Shown here in pieces: positions 35,601 to 50,600 of a stretch of DNA of 64,000 nt (within the stretch, counting starts at the first letter, position 1; each line of letters begins with the position of its first letter). Below the pieces are notes generated by a model that worked only from the letters and a program-made list of their open reading frames with translations, was not told the DNA's origin and did not search any database. The position numbers and the translations under genes were made by a program. The stretch comes from Perna viridis. Lineage: Eukaryota. The stretch spans positions 7,564,001 through 7,628,000 of the forward strand of contig CM074515.1 of assembly GCA_037379345.1 (NCBI GenBank), in the 5' to 3' direction.

Positions 35601-38600
35601 TTATTCTTGTCTCTTCGGTCAACAATAAAACTCAGGTTCACACCGTGTCTTCAGTAATGATTTTTTTCACGCATTTTTACGTATCATCGTTATGAAGAAA
35701 AAAACTCACTTATTAAGCGATGAAGTATTTATTGGAACGAATAAAACTTATACATGTGAAGAAATACAGTGACTCTGAAACTGTCATCTCACCATGTAAA
35801 TAATATCCCTAAACAAAACGAACCCTTTTTGAGGTTGTATTATTTAATTGATATGCAGTTTTCTTTTGCGTTTGTTTTTTATTTGTTATATTTCGTTACT
35901 CTTGATATTTCTTTTCATAGTATCAAAATGAACATGTATGGTCTTTAAATACGTACAGTTTAGTTAATTAAATCACTGACACTAGATATGACCTAGTACA
36001 AACAAAAGCTACGGGTGTATGTATACGTAGCCTAGAACATTCATTTTGGTAACAAAAAGGTCTATTGGGTCGAGTTGGAAAAATGCTGACATACATATAA
36101 TTGATTACTCATGCTTTTGCTCATGTTAATATAACGAATCATTACTTACGCGCACTTATGTATAAAATCGTCTTGTTCGTTGTACAGAGGGATGGATTAT
36201 TCACCGTCCCCTTTGGCATGCCACTCTGCAGAATAACAGAAATATTTCAGTGATTACTATCTGTCCTTAGAACATTTCTACTGTCATTCTTTCTTAAACC
36301 AAACATTTAACTGAGCCAACCCAAATAGTTGATACTTATTGCATTTTTATACCAGTTAGCCTGTACTTACAACAAACAAATAAGGAAAGCCATATTGAAA
36401 GTAAACTGTTTTTAAATCTTCTGTTTTTCAATAGTAACATGATTACATGTACTGTAATCAATAACCATACTTAAAGGGAAGAATTTACATGTAACATAAT
36501 CATAATAAGAATTTTCTTTTTCTTTCTCTCTATACTTGAAGGCAAAATAATAGTTTTTTTTCATTTTTAGTAGGTTGTAAAAAATATATGAATTTAAGAT
36601 GTTTCCGAATTTTTTTTCCATTCGGTACTAAAACAATCTTAATTTTACTTGCTATGTTTTTACATCATTTTTTTCGTATTTAAAAAATATATTGATGTGA
36701 ACAATGTTTACTTCTAGTCGATGGGGGCTGGAGTACTTATGGAAGTTGGAGTAAATGCAGCACGACCTGTGGTGGTGGAACACATCATAGAGACAGAACC
36801 TGCACCAACCCAAAACCTGCTAATGGTGGTAAGACGTGCAGTGGAGCAGCAAGAGAGACACAACCTTGTAATACTCAGGCATGTCCGACTCTCCCACCCC
36901 CTACCACTACAGTACCACCACCACCAACCACCACCGAGAAAGGTGAGTACCCTATGTAATATTTCGATATATCCGACTCTTCCACCTTACCACTACTGTA
37001 CCAACACCACCGACCACCATGAACAATAGTTAGTATCCTATGTAATATTTTGGCATGTCAGATTCTTCCACCCCTACCACTTCTGTACTACACTCCTTAA
37101 GACGTTTAAGTTTCCCGCACGCACGATACCCAAACGCACGCTAAACGCTCACCAAACGCACGATAAACGAACGCTTCTATCGTGCATTTAAACGAACGCT
37201 CCTAACGTGCGTTTAAACGCACGATAGACCAAAGCTTATATCGTGCGGTTAAATGCACGATACACGAACGACGAAAAAATGATAATATTGACATATAATG
37301 AAGACAGAAAAAATAGAAAATAAAATTTATGAAATTATATAAATTGATAATAGCAAAAAATATATAAATAACAGTTAAAGCAAGGAAATAATCAAAGTAC
37401 AAAAATAAACGAACGCTTCTATCATGCGTTTAAACGAAAGCTCCTAGCGCGCGTTTAAACGAACGCTTCTATTGTGCGTTTATCGTGCATTTAACGATGT
37501 GTAAACGCACGATAAACGATGCACGAACGCTTAAATGGGAAACGTGAACGTCTCAAGGAGTGTACCACTACCGACCACTAGTAAGGAAGGTTAGTATCTA
37601 ATGTATAATATTTTGGCATATCTAACTCTTCCACTTCCACCATTACTGTACTACCACCACCGACCATCACTAACGAAGGTTAGTACCTCATGTAATGTTT
37701 ATCGTACGTTTACACATCATTTTGCGTTCGTTTAAACGCACGATAAACGCACGATAGAAGCGTTTGTTTAAAGACACGCTGGTAGCGTTTGCTGTCACAC
37801 TTACCACTTCCGAGTCAAATGGCCACTCCTGCGTAGTACTAAAAACACATTGACTCTAGATCTATGCATTGTAAGTGCATAATATTTGTGCATGCAGATC
37901 AAACTAAAGCTGAGAATGTGTACCTTAAAATCACATTTGTAATTGACTACAAAGGTGAATGATTATTGTTTATATGTGTGAGTAATTTACCTCCGTGCGG
38001 TGAGTTAGCAGAAAAGGTAAAACGGTTAATTTTCAGGATTATTTATTCAAGAAATTTTTGTGAAGAATTTCTACAATTATCGTACCATTAGCATAATGAT
38101 TTTGAAAGCCTTATTTTCCAAGGTTCGCAATGGTGTGCAACATTAAGATGTTATTTGACCAGGGAATTCACAGTGAAACCTTAAAAATTACCTTTTTAAC
38201 ATGTAAAGTAATGGAAACGTTAAAAGTGGTTAGTGAGACCATAGGAGGCTGCCATAGGAGCGTTCAATTAAGGTGGTAGATCTTTGGTAAGGGACACAAT
38301 TCTTACGATTTGAACGTTTGTATTCAGCATTTTACACCAATTTCGTGTAAGCATCAAAGTGGACTGATTTCATTCGGTTTTAAATTGAAAGCTTGATAGG
38401 CGGCGATGAAATTTAATATGATCCAAACATATCACTGATTTAAAGAGTTATGTCCCTTACCCTAGGTCTACCTCCTTAAATGCATGATAGAAGCGTTCGA
38501 TTATCGTGCGTTTGGTGAGCGTTTAGCGTGCGTTTAGGTACCTTGCGTGCGGGAAACCTAAACGTCCAAGTAGTGTAACAAAGTAACTCTCAATTTTGGA

Positions 38601-41600
38601 AATTAATCTTTGATATCAAAATTTGAACAGAATGAAATTATAGCTTGATCATTCAACGCATAATTACCAAATACCCTGTCAGTTGCACACTACTGCATGT
38701 AGATTATTTATATTTTTGTACCAAAACTTTTGATCCCAAACTTGTAATTTGATACGTTATATTTGGCAGTTATATGATAATTTCAGGTTGTGGTCTTGTT
38801 CCTGCTGATATTCATTTCCTGTTAGATGCCTCTGGAAGTGTAGGTTCATCAAACTACCAGAAACAAAAGGACTTCGTTGCCAGATTCGCACAATCATTCA
38901 CAATTGGCCCACAGAACGTACAAATTGGTGTAACCACTTTCTCATCGCAAGTTCATAATCAGTTCTACATGAACCAGTATCATGCCAAGCCCGCATTGGT
39001 CAGTGCTATTAAGGGTATGCCGTACCAGTCTGGTGGTACAAACACTGATACAGCTTTGAAATTTGTAGACGGAAACGCTTTCACTAAACCGCACGGCGAC
39101 AGAGATCATGTGGTCAACATTCTGATTGTCATGACCGACGGACAGTCTGCCCATCCGCCTCAGACTGCTGCAGAAGCTGCTAAACTTCACGGCCACAATG
39201 TCAAAGTGTTTGCCATCGGTATTGGTAATGGTATCAAACGAGCTGAGTTGGAGAAAATAGCAACAGACCCACAACATGTTTTTACAGTTCAGAATTTCGA
39301 CGCATTGAACACACTACAAGCAGAATTGAAAAAGACTGCTTGCAAAGGTAATAATCCGAGTTAATTGGGTTTTAGCTCACAAAGATCAGGTGAGTTGTCA
39401 CCACATGATTTTGGAAATGTTTTGTCAAATGATTTCTAGCATTGTTTTACCTTGAGTAGTGAAACTACCGAATTACCAGTTCTTGGTTAATCCAGAGACT
39501 TTATATTACAGGGACTGGCCACTGTTGAGAAAGTCTATATAATGTATAAAAATAACTGTGCCTCCTTGGTCTTTATACTTTATACTTGGTAAACTTAATG
39601 CCTTTACGATTTACATTTGTTTTCGCATACTGTGGGAAAGAAAATTATTTAGGATTTTAGTTATAAGTTAAAATTGACAATTGGTAATGACAAAGCTAAT
39701 CTGTAAAAATCATTCATTACTTGAATTTATCAGTAATTACTCTAGAGAAAAAAAATGAATTTGGTCAGCTTCTGTTAGTTAAGTATTATGTAATAGCGAG
39801 CACCGCGAAGCGGTGTGAACTCTACGGTTATTACGTGTACTTTCTAAATTCCCTTAAGGTTCCCCAGTATACTAACGAAAAAAAAGTCATGTCCCGGAAG
39901 TAACAAAAAGCGACTGTCCCTACGGAAAAAAATTCATCATTTCCTTCATTACTTGAGATGAAGGATACTACAGACACTGTGAAGTCAGCCTCATATCTTG
40001 ACCTATACTTAGAAATCGATGGTAAAGGAAAACTATTGACCAAACTTTACGACAAACGTGATGACTTTTCATTCAGCATTGTCAACTTTCCTTTCATCTG
40101 TTGCAACATCTCTTTGGCTCCTGCGTATGGAGTGTTCATATCACAACTCATACGTTATGCCACAGCTTGCCGAAACTACGCAGACTTTTTGTATTGCGCT
40201 AGAACTCTAACAAATAGGCTTCTGGAACAGGATTATGTTGCTACAAGATTGAAGTCATCACTACAGAAGTTTTATGGTCGTTATCATGAACTCGTGGATC
40301 GTTATGGTGTATCCATCAGCACCATGAAAACTGATTTATTCAACGGGTCATAATTTTCCTTCCCTCGTTTGTCTACCCCGGACTTGACTTTTTATGAGCG
40401 GGTGTTTCTAGAAAAGCAGAGGACGCTTACCCTACCGGTGCACCTGGTCCATGCTCCCAGTTTTTAGTTGTTACTTTGTATGTATGATTTTAGTTACTTT
40501 ATGTTCTTTGTTGTGTATGTCCGTGGAGAACTGTAATATTTCAGGTATCTGTATAGATTGACCTGACAGGCCAAAACTGAAATGGATGTTGCTAGAGATG
40601 CCCTTAAGGGATAAAAAAATCAAAATATTGCGAAGCGCTATAAAGTTATTGCCCATTTTTAGAGCGAGGGGAAGGGGGTATGGGGTTGGAATTTTTTTTC
40701 TTTGGGGGGATTGTTTAAGTTATTCATTTATTGATATAAAACTCCCCAATTAATTAAATAGACAGATTTTCAAATAGAAATATTTATTTTGCTTGCTGCT
40801 TAAATATAAATACTTGAGATGCAAAAAAATTCATTCTGGTCGACCCCCTCTTTGTAATGTCCTTTCTTATTTTTACGAGTCTCGCTCAGACGGTACATGC
40901 ACGGTAAAGCTCACGATTCTCGCTGATTCAGGCAATGCCTACCCCATATTAAAAATTATATCATTTTAAAGAAGTTTCTATACTCTGTTAATTGGATTGG
41001 TAGTAGATAAATATGTTTAAACAAATGGAAAGATCAATGATCAACAGCTTACTAGGGTATAGTTTGAAAATGAAAATTTTGATATTTCTTTCTCAAGACA
41101 TAGGTACATTCACTTAGTCATCATTTTATTGTTATTCAAAGCACATTAAAAAATGGCCATTGTCATTCAGCAGATTTTTCTCTTTAATTTGATATTAACC
41201 TAATTTTGATAATTGCAATACTTTTCACAAACACTCATTGACAAAGCACACTTTATGACCTTTAAAAAAGTAAATGTTTTTGCTTATTTGTCTGAAAAGA
41301 CTTAATTTTGAACTTAAAAATAATTACATTCCTTTTGTTTTAGATAAATAATAAATACGTGTTGCCATTTTCTAATCATTTATCTTTAATTTGGTTCATC
41401 ACTCATCAAAATCAATCCAGTGGTTTTTATAAACACCCTTAGCAAAGTAACCATAATTTCAACAGAGAAATTTGACTAATATACAGTCAAATAACAATGG
41501 CAGTGTACTGTATAGATTATTACAAGTGACTTCTATCTCTAACATACACTCACTGGTTAGTCTGATACTGTAAAGGTTGAACACAGTGAAAAGTTTACTC

Positions 41601-44600
41601 AATACAATAAATGAATAATATCTTATATTATGCAATTTTCATTGTTATAATTTTCAAAGGAGATAATTTCTCTAGACATGCCAAATCTTGTGGATTTTTT
41701 TACTTATTTGCAAAAGTAGAACAGGAGTAATCATGACAGATTCAGATTCTTTATTGGTTGTAAACTTTTACAGTTCCTCACCATAAGTTGTGATTATAAT
41801 GTATTCATAGCATATGACAAAGATATAATTATGTCTAATGCTAATCGTTAACAATATGTCAAAAAATATTTCTCTCTGACACAAACAGACCATTTAGAAA
41901 TAACTTTGTTTAAATGTTTCTTATGTATTCTGCCTAGAACTAATGATGCCCTTATTTCGATGTTTTTCGCTATTTTTAATATTATTTATTGTAAAAATCT
42001 TCTCCGTAACTACTAGACCAATTAGAACCAACTTGGTTTTGTTGTTTCTTAAGGTATTCTCCTTAAAACAGGAAAAACTTAGCCGCCGTTACTAAAAAAT
42101 ACCAGATAGGTGTCAACCAGCAGTTTTTTCGCATTTATCTTCTAAACCGTTAGGTTTAACCAAATTTTGGCATGTGCATAAAAGTGTTCAGCATAATGAG
42201 AACACTGTGCTCAAATTTTCGTGTAAACCGTTAAGTCATGTTCGAGGTGTTGCCCTTTTATTAACGTTTATTTGTTATGACGAACAAATCTTCTACAAAG
42301 AAACTACTCGACAGAATACAATGAAAGTTGATATGGTTGTTTCTTAGATGTGAGTAATTTTTCCAAGTAACACACATGGCCGTTTTAACAAAAATCAGAA
42401 TGTGGCTTATCAAGACAGGTGACGATTCAAACTCTTTGGATCCTCTAGTTATCCTAAATTTTGCCTTATTTTGTACCAATCAGTTAAGCAGGAACAAAAG
42501 TTGACTATCTTAACTTTATTTTCAGTTGATGGAGGTTGGAGCAAATATGGATCATTCAGTCCATGTTCTAAATCTTGTGGTGGAGGAACTCACTTTAGGG
42601 AAAGGACGTGTTCAAACCCACCCCCTGCAAACGGAGGAAAGAACTGTGTAGGCTCAGGCAGAGATACACAGGCCTGTAATACCCAGCCATGCCCAACTCT
42701 GCCACCCCCAACTACCCCACCACCAACTACAATGATTCCAACAACTCATGTACCAGGTAAGTGACTCACATGAAAGGACGGCGGTAATTACATAAATGCC
42801 TGCTCAACTGAATTTCATGATTAAATTGTGTTTTGTACTTAGTTGCACAATGCCTGACAGCACAAAAATAGTTTGAAATGGAGAATAGGTTTGACCATAA
42901 ACATACAACTGTTCTATCTGACTAGAATTGTATTTACTATATAGTTAGGATACACAGAAAAAAAGTGATGTTACTATATCAATTAAGGATTGATAGAGTT
43001 TTCTATCGAACAATCACTAAATTAAAGTCTTTAATTTTAAGGTTGTATTGCACCAGCTGATATTGTATTCATTCTGGATTCCTCTGGAAGCGTCGGTTTA
43101 CCAAACTTTAACAAAATGTTGGATTTTGTAAAGCAGATGTCACAAGGATTTGACATAGCATCTAACGGTACACATATTGGTGTCGTTACCTTCAGTTCAA
43201 AACCCCATTTAGAGTTCCACTTGAACAAATTCAACAGCAAGAGTGCAGTAAATCAGGGCGTTTCTAATATCCATTACATCTCTGGTGGTACCAATACTGC
43301 TGATGCAATCAAATATGCCCGTCAGACAAGCTTCCTTGCAGCTAATGGTGCTAGGAGTGGTGCTTCAAAGATTGCTATAATTGTAACTGATGGAAAATCT
43401 CAGTCACCTCCTGCCACTGCTGCCGAGGCTCAAAAGATGAGAGACCAAGGAATCACTGTCTTTTCCATTGGTGTCGGAACTGGACCAAATAAACCAGAAC
43501 TTGACGCCATGGCAACCGATCCTGATAATCAACATGTTTTCGTCGTCAGCAACTTTGACGCTCTTAAACAAATCAAAGGCGAATTGCAAAAGAAAGCTTG
43601 TGATGGTATGACATTATTATAGTGTTATTATAATTATAAATTCTAACAATTTGGTATGTCTTATTCTCCAATACTTATATCATTCGTTCTTTAAAAACTG
43701 TTACAAGTGAATAAAATATGCTCATGCGGTTAAATATATATATTTGTATTATCTTTTAATTTGTTATTTTGTCTCCCACTACATACTTAAAACAAAATGT
43801 CCTGCCAAACAAACTTGTTACAAAAATTTGTAACTCATGATATATTCATTTTATTATTTTCAGTCAAAGTTACTCAACCTCCACCACCAAAGAGTAAGTT
43901 AATTTAATAGCTTCAAACATAGTATAGTGAGTATTTAAGAACTAGATATGTGCTATATCTGAAAAAGGATTGTAGGGACATGGAAAACTAGTTAATTGTA
44001 ATTAGAGGTAAGTGTGACACGGACGTTGAAATGTTTTTAACATATATATGTACATCAATAATAAAAGTTGCAAAGGTTTTTTTTTTAAATTGAAGTACGG
44101 TTACTGGCGCATCTCTTTCAGTAGTGATGTAATTCATGTGCCTTTTAATTTAGAATGTTACACCCCCCCCCAGAATTTGTTTATTTTTTAAATATTAGGT
44201 TTTTGAAAATTGCTTTGTAGATTGCGGTGCCAAGGCAGATATTGTTTTCCTGTTGGACTCATCTGGAAGTGTCGGAAATAAAGATTTCCAGAAGATGTTG
44301 ACCTTTGTTGAGGGTGTAGCTGACAAGTTTACCATTGGTCCAAATGACATCCAGATTGGTGTAGATACATTCCAGAGTAGTGTTAAATCTGAATTTAACA
44401 TGAATCGATACACGGATAAGAATGCACTCAAGAAAGCCATCACCAGCATTGCTTATCACACTGGAGGAACAAACACTGGACCTGCTATCAAATTCATGAC
44501 AACGAACAGTTTCAATGCTTCAGCTGGTTAGTACAAAGTCTCTCCTATCTATTTCGTACTATCTGTCTGTCTGTCTGTCTGTCTGTCTTCTTTATCTGCT

Positions 44601-47600
44601 TGTTTATCTGTTATGATTATGCTCCTATAATATTAATTACTACCACAACCACCCTTCCATATGTTTGACTTATCCGATTTGGATTTTTTTATCTTTACTA
44701 TCAAGGGACTGGTATGTTTTTATTTAAAACAAGTTATATTTATATTTTTTTTACAAAAGTTACACTATATAGATGATACCGACAGATTCATGCAGCCACA
44801 TACTAGTACATTAAATTTGACAGGCCGTGAACATTTAAATATTGTCCATCACTTGGCTGATCAGTACATTTGACGTTATTTAAGCGTTGGATCTACACAT
44901 AAGACGAGAAGTTTTCCCTACTTTTTATAAGCTTTCATATTTTCCCGCAGGACACAGGACTGGCGTCCCTAAGATCGCCATTGTCATTACCGACGGTAAC
45001 TCAGCGAACAGGGCAAATACTTTGGCCGAGGCCCAGAAGGCCCGTGCTTCTGGTATTCAGGTGATTGCTATTGGTGTTGGTCATGGTATAAATCAAGCAG
45101 AACTTGAGGGAATAGCCAGCAAACCTAAGAGCCAATATGTTTACAATGCTGAAAACTTCGATGTCTTGAATACACTCCAGGCTTCTTTGTCATCTAAAAC
45201 TTGTGAAGGTAAGTTAAGAGCTGCAACGATATATGGATTGTGCATTGGTAACCCTAATAAAGTATACTTCTGTTTTTATTTTGTTTCATTTCTTCAGTTG
45301 ATTTTAACCTTGTCCTAAAGAATTATTTTAGTTCATAAAAAAGAACTTCGACAGACACAAACATTTGTTTAATGATATCCTATATATCTATATTTATTTT
45401 TAATTCTTTTCCAGCTTCTATACCACAGAAACCTGCAAAAGGTAACATAACGTCATAAATTGATAAAAAAAAATCAAAGCGCCGATAGCGCTGAGCCTCC
45501 GAAGTCATGAGACAATTACATGTACAAGTATTTTATAACTTTTGAAGACGGTAATCATAATCCGCAATTTTATTTTATTTTATTTTATTTATTTTTTTAT
45601 TTTATTTTATTGTTTTTTGCTTTTCCAAAAATATTAACTATTTAGAACGGGATCAGCGCTTTCACCACTACAAAATCACCCATCCACACAATACGCGATG
45701 ATTCAAAATTTCTATTATAATTTCGTTTCCATCTCTTTTTTTTTTGTTTCGTTTCATTTCGTTTTTATTTTGTTCTAGACAACTTACTCATAGGTTAAAC
45801 GTATTCAATCATGTGGAACGAAACCATTTATGGATATCAAAGGCATTGATAAAATATAGTGCAAACATCTATACATGTATTTAAATTTTTCCTAAACAGT
45901 CAGTTATGGAAAATCGCATAATGTAAAAAACGGGCAGTGTATTCATACGAAATAATCAATTTGATACATTTAAATATTCATCCACCAGGTCTCTTTTGCG
46001 GTGGAAGGACTTTTAAGGCGGTTATCAACCGGTTGTCCTTTTGATCGACTTCAGATGATACGACTCGTAAGTCACAAGACTTCCAAGTAAAAAGCGATAA
46101 CGGCGGAATGAAATGCGAGTCTCCGTGTATCGGTATATTGTTTTTCGTCAATATTTCTTTATGCTGCAATCCTAATTATCTCCTTTTCTTCAAATCCGAA
46201 CTTCTTGTTCATTGCTCTTTTCAACTAGTGATAATGGGGTTGTACATGTAAATAAAAATAGAATAGTTATTTTTTTAGTTTAGTTTAAACATATTAATTG
46301 CTAAAATTTACAGGCAATTGGATTGGACATAAGTTATACCAACTTACAAAGGTCCTTTCCACATAATTAATTACAAATATTTTGTGAACATACGTCAGCA
46401 ACAAAACATACTATACAATGTAAACAACTTGTTGTGACAAAACTGAATCAAGAACAGTATATATGGTATCATATGTGATGAACTTGTCATTTCAATATAT
46501 GTGGCAATAGTTATCTGAACTAAAAAAAGAGTATGAAAGAAAGGAAATATGGGAAATATTAACAGTTAATTTTTTAACTTAACGATGATCACAAATGCGA
46601 AAAGAACGCCAAGATTTTTTTTGTGAAATCTCCTGGCGTTCTCAGCACGAGTAGCTATAGATAACCAATTATTATATCAAATGTATACATTTTCAGTAAT
46701 TAGTTGTTTATTTTCAAATACATTTTAATTATTTTCGATCGGCAGATTGACATTCCAAATCATCAATGACGTTAATTAAGTCCATTCTGTGTAAGAATCA
46801 GGCAGTGGGTGGCACATAATATTTCTCAATATGGTCTTTCTTCGCCTCAGATATATTCAATACATATAGGAAACAACTGAACACCTATTTCAATAATTAC
46901 TTTTTTACTGCTTAAATAAAAATTTTCCCGCCATTTTTCCAAAGTGCATTTCAACTGAATTTTAAAAATTAAATTTTACAAACACATTGATGGTTATTTT
47001 TGGAGTTGTAAGGTATAAATACTTGGTTAATGCAATAAAATCTCTGTTTTTTCCCTTCATGTGCCACACCTTATACACATTTTGCCTGATTCTTAGACGG
47101 AGAAGTACTTAAACATTAATATCAGAAGAGAAAAGTTTTGTGAGGTATCTGAGAGTTGAATTACGGAATTGATCTCACATGTGAATGATCGAAATTCTTT
47201 ACTCGGGAAAATTCAATAATTCACTGCTAAATACGTAATGTTTAACTGGACAGTAAAGTATTTTTGGTATAAGTCACGCCTCTAACTACGAAATTACTTC
47301 TATGGTATTCTAATATACTTTTATATAGTACATTTTAATTACAAATGGCGCTAATTATCGATTGATGACATTGACTGTATTTTCATATTTTACGGTGATA
47401 ACTTCATAGCTATAAGATGAATCAATGAAACTTGCTTTAAAAAATTTTCAAAGTAGTTTCCTTAAAGCATTTTTTAATACAACGAAATTAACGACTAAAA
47501 CTTAAATTGTACAAACACAATGTGTATAGCTCTCATTATTATCCATCTATTAATGTGAATATAAACATTTTTGACAGACTGTGGAGCAGTCGCAGACATC

Positions 47601-50600
47601 GTATTCACTCTTGATTCATCCGGAAGTGTTGGAAAAGCTAACTTTGACAAAATGTTGGGTTTCGTCAAGACATTAGTTAAAGGTTTCAACGTCGGACAAA
47701 ACAACATCCGCATTGGTCTTCAGACCTTCAGCAACAGGGCCAATGTTCAATTCAATTTGAACAAATACACCGACAAACAGGCTGTAATGAATGCCCTCGA
47801 CCACATCCCATATAACTCCGGTGGTACTAACACTGGCACTGCCCTCAACACAATGGCTAACAAGATGTTTACACAACCCAATGGCGATCGTCCAGGCATT
47901 CCAAACATTGCTATTGTGATGACTGATGGTCGTTCCAATAACCCACCAAACACCGCCAACGAGGCCAAGAAAGTACAAAAGGCAGGAATCAACGTCTACG
48001 CTGTCGGAATTGGTAAAGGTATAGATAGAAATGAATTGAATACCATTGCCACTGACCCTGACAGTTCTCACGTGATGACTGTTGATAGCTTTGACAAACT
48101 CCAACAAATATCAGCTGGATTCCAGGCTAGAGCATGTCAAAGTAAGTTACTATATTTCACTAGACATGATTATGTTTTTCCTGCATATTACACCTTTTTG
48201 TGGAAAACTTAATAGAGCGAAACCTTTTTCACAACACTAAATAATATTACTTATAATATATTATAAAACAGCGTAAATATCTACACAATATTTTGGTCAT
48301 TTAGGTGTAATTATCACACCATACAAAAACCGCGTGGTAGTAAATTGAAAAAAAGAATATATATTTATTTTCTAATTTTAGCAATACCTCCAACTCCACC
48401 AGCATTTATTCCAACAAGTAAGTAACTGCGTATATTATTATTGTTTTGGAATCATTTAGGATAAATGAAGAGTTATTAAATGAATGTAGAAAAAAAACAA
48501 CTGAAATGTTGACTAAGTGAAAAGGAAGACGCATTGATCCATTATAACATTGCGTTACATTGATCAAAGCTATCATGAATGATAGAAGAGTGAATAACAA
48601 AATAGATCACGAGTGCCTAGAACGCCTAGATATAATGCGTTCTTTGAACGAGTGATGCTATTCTGGTTATTCACGATAACCAGTTGATTAACTTATTCAT
48701 TATACAAATTATCGCCATAATTTGCCGCTATTTACAACACTATTTCCGAAAGTACCGAATTTATTTCACTGTGGAATTATCGACTTTTTAGCATAGGGAA
48801 CATTGGATGAATTACTGTTATATATCTATTTGATAACGTTTGTAAAAAAGTTTGAAACACACATCTGCAATGGCAATAGCTTTTTTGTTTTGTTTTAGAT
48901 ATTAATCAACAATCCAAAATGACTATTAAATTTTCATGTAAGATTTTGTTTTTTGTTTTGTTTTGTTTTGTTTTGTTTGTTTGTTTGTTTTTTTTGTTTT
49001 TGTTGTTTTTTGTTGTTGTTTTTTTGGGGGTTTTGTTTTTATTTTCTTTTTGTTTCGTTAAAAATGCTGAGGTATGTCGATGATCTTTCTGCTCAGCTGC
49101 TGTATTTCGGTATTTAATTTAAACCTTCACAAGAATGATTTTCCTCCTCAGGATCACCTATTCCAAACCCTTTGACTGATCCATGTCAGGACAAACTGAG
49201 TAACTGTCAGCAGTACGGTTTAGGTTCATGTAGTGGTGGATATTTGAAGTGGGCCACTGAGAACTGTGCACGTTTCTGTGGCATTTGTAAACGTAAGTGT
49301 TTTTACGTTTTTATATACATTGTAGCCATTTTCAAAGTATCTTTATTGCAGACTATACAAATAGTATTTCATATTTCCCAACAATTTGTTACATGAACTG
49401 TTTTGTGTTAATTAAGCAAGTTCCATTACGATTAAAATTAGACATGACCTGAAGTACCGAATTGACCAGTTTGACAATATCTTCTAAAGATTTTATTTTC
49501 ATCCATCAGCATATCATATGCTGATATGTACCGGTTTCATTCTGTATTTGATGTTAAATGTTTAATATCTTGTATTCCCCGATCATCAGTTAGTTACCAA
49601 TTCGTTAATTCTGTTAATTACAGCTACCATACCAACTCAACCTCCACCATGTGAGGATAATCCAGCAATCAATTGTTCCAGCTACCAGGCTAACTCATGT
49701 ACTTCTTATGGACAATGGGCACATGATAACTGTAGAAAATATTGTGGATACTGTGGTATGATTTGTTTTTGCATTAACTCTGTTATATTATTTACAGATC
49801 CAAGATGCATTTTTATGTTAATAGAATTTTTTTGCTGATAGAATTGTGCGTTTAATTCTTGATAAGAAGAATTTTATCTATAGGTTCCCCCATCAAAGCG
49901 GGGTAGTTTGTCAAAAAGTGTGCGTTATAACGACCCCATGCATCCTCATTAATGCTTATATTAAGGTATTAAGTGTAATCGATTTTTCAAGTTGTACAGA
50001 TCGTCTGGGAAGGGATGTTTTTTACATGAAGATTATTTAACATGTTTCGATGCGAGGTTGCAAATTTGCGATGCAAACTTTGGTCGCTCCCTCAGTGGGA
50101 TTCGAACCCCTTCTCTTCTCTGACATCTATGGCAACACAGCCTGCACCAAGTCCAACGCTCTAGACCACTCGGCCAGCTAGGCAATATAACAATATAGCT
50201 TTCGTTAAACGAGAGATACTTCCTCGTAAGTAAAAGTAGAGCGCGAACATTAGCACATGATGTATCTGAATAGGACAACCTCTGATGGTATCGAATTAGA
50301 TAACAGAGGATCTGTAACAGTATACATATACAGCCACACCAAGTATATAATACATATGAGAAGTCTAATGGGGTGAGGCAACTCTATCATCTTACTTGCT
50401 AGTACATTACTATATATATAATCAATGGTCAATTCATCTGCATGACAAGTCTTGTCATTTTTATGTTTATACATTTACCAGTCTCTTTGCTGTTGTGACA
50501 AACACATGAAGAACCCAGTCAATTGCTAACATGTAACTGATGAATTCTTACATTTTTTGATTCCATTGTACTATTTAAAGTACTTGATTTTGTAGCACCT

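Noticed and set aside
36721-37029. [12 protein letters not shown]... (102 aa)
   Set aside because: Off-frame reading of the TSP1 exon.
38942-48107. Minus-strand ORFs over the VWA exons
   Set aside because: Antisense shadows of coding exons.
50085-50183. tRNA gene on the minus strand
   Set aside because: A and B boxes are present, but there is no proper cloverleaf or acceptor stem; fits a SINE head.
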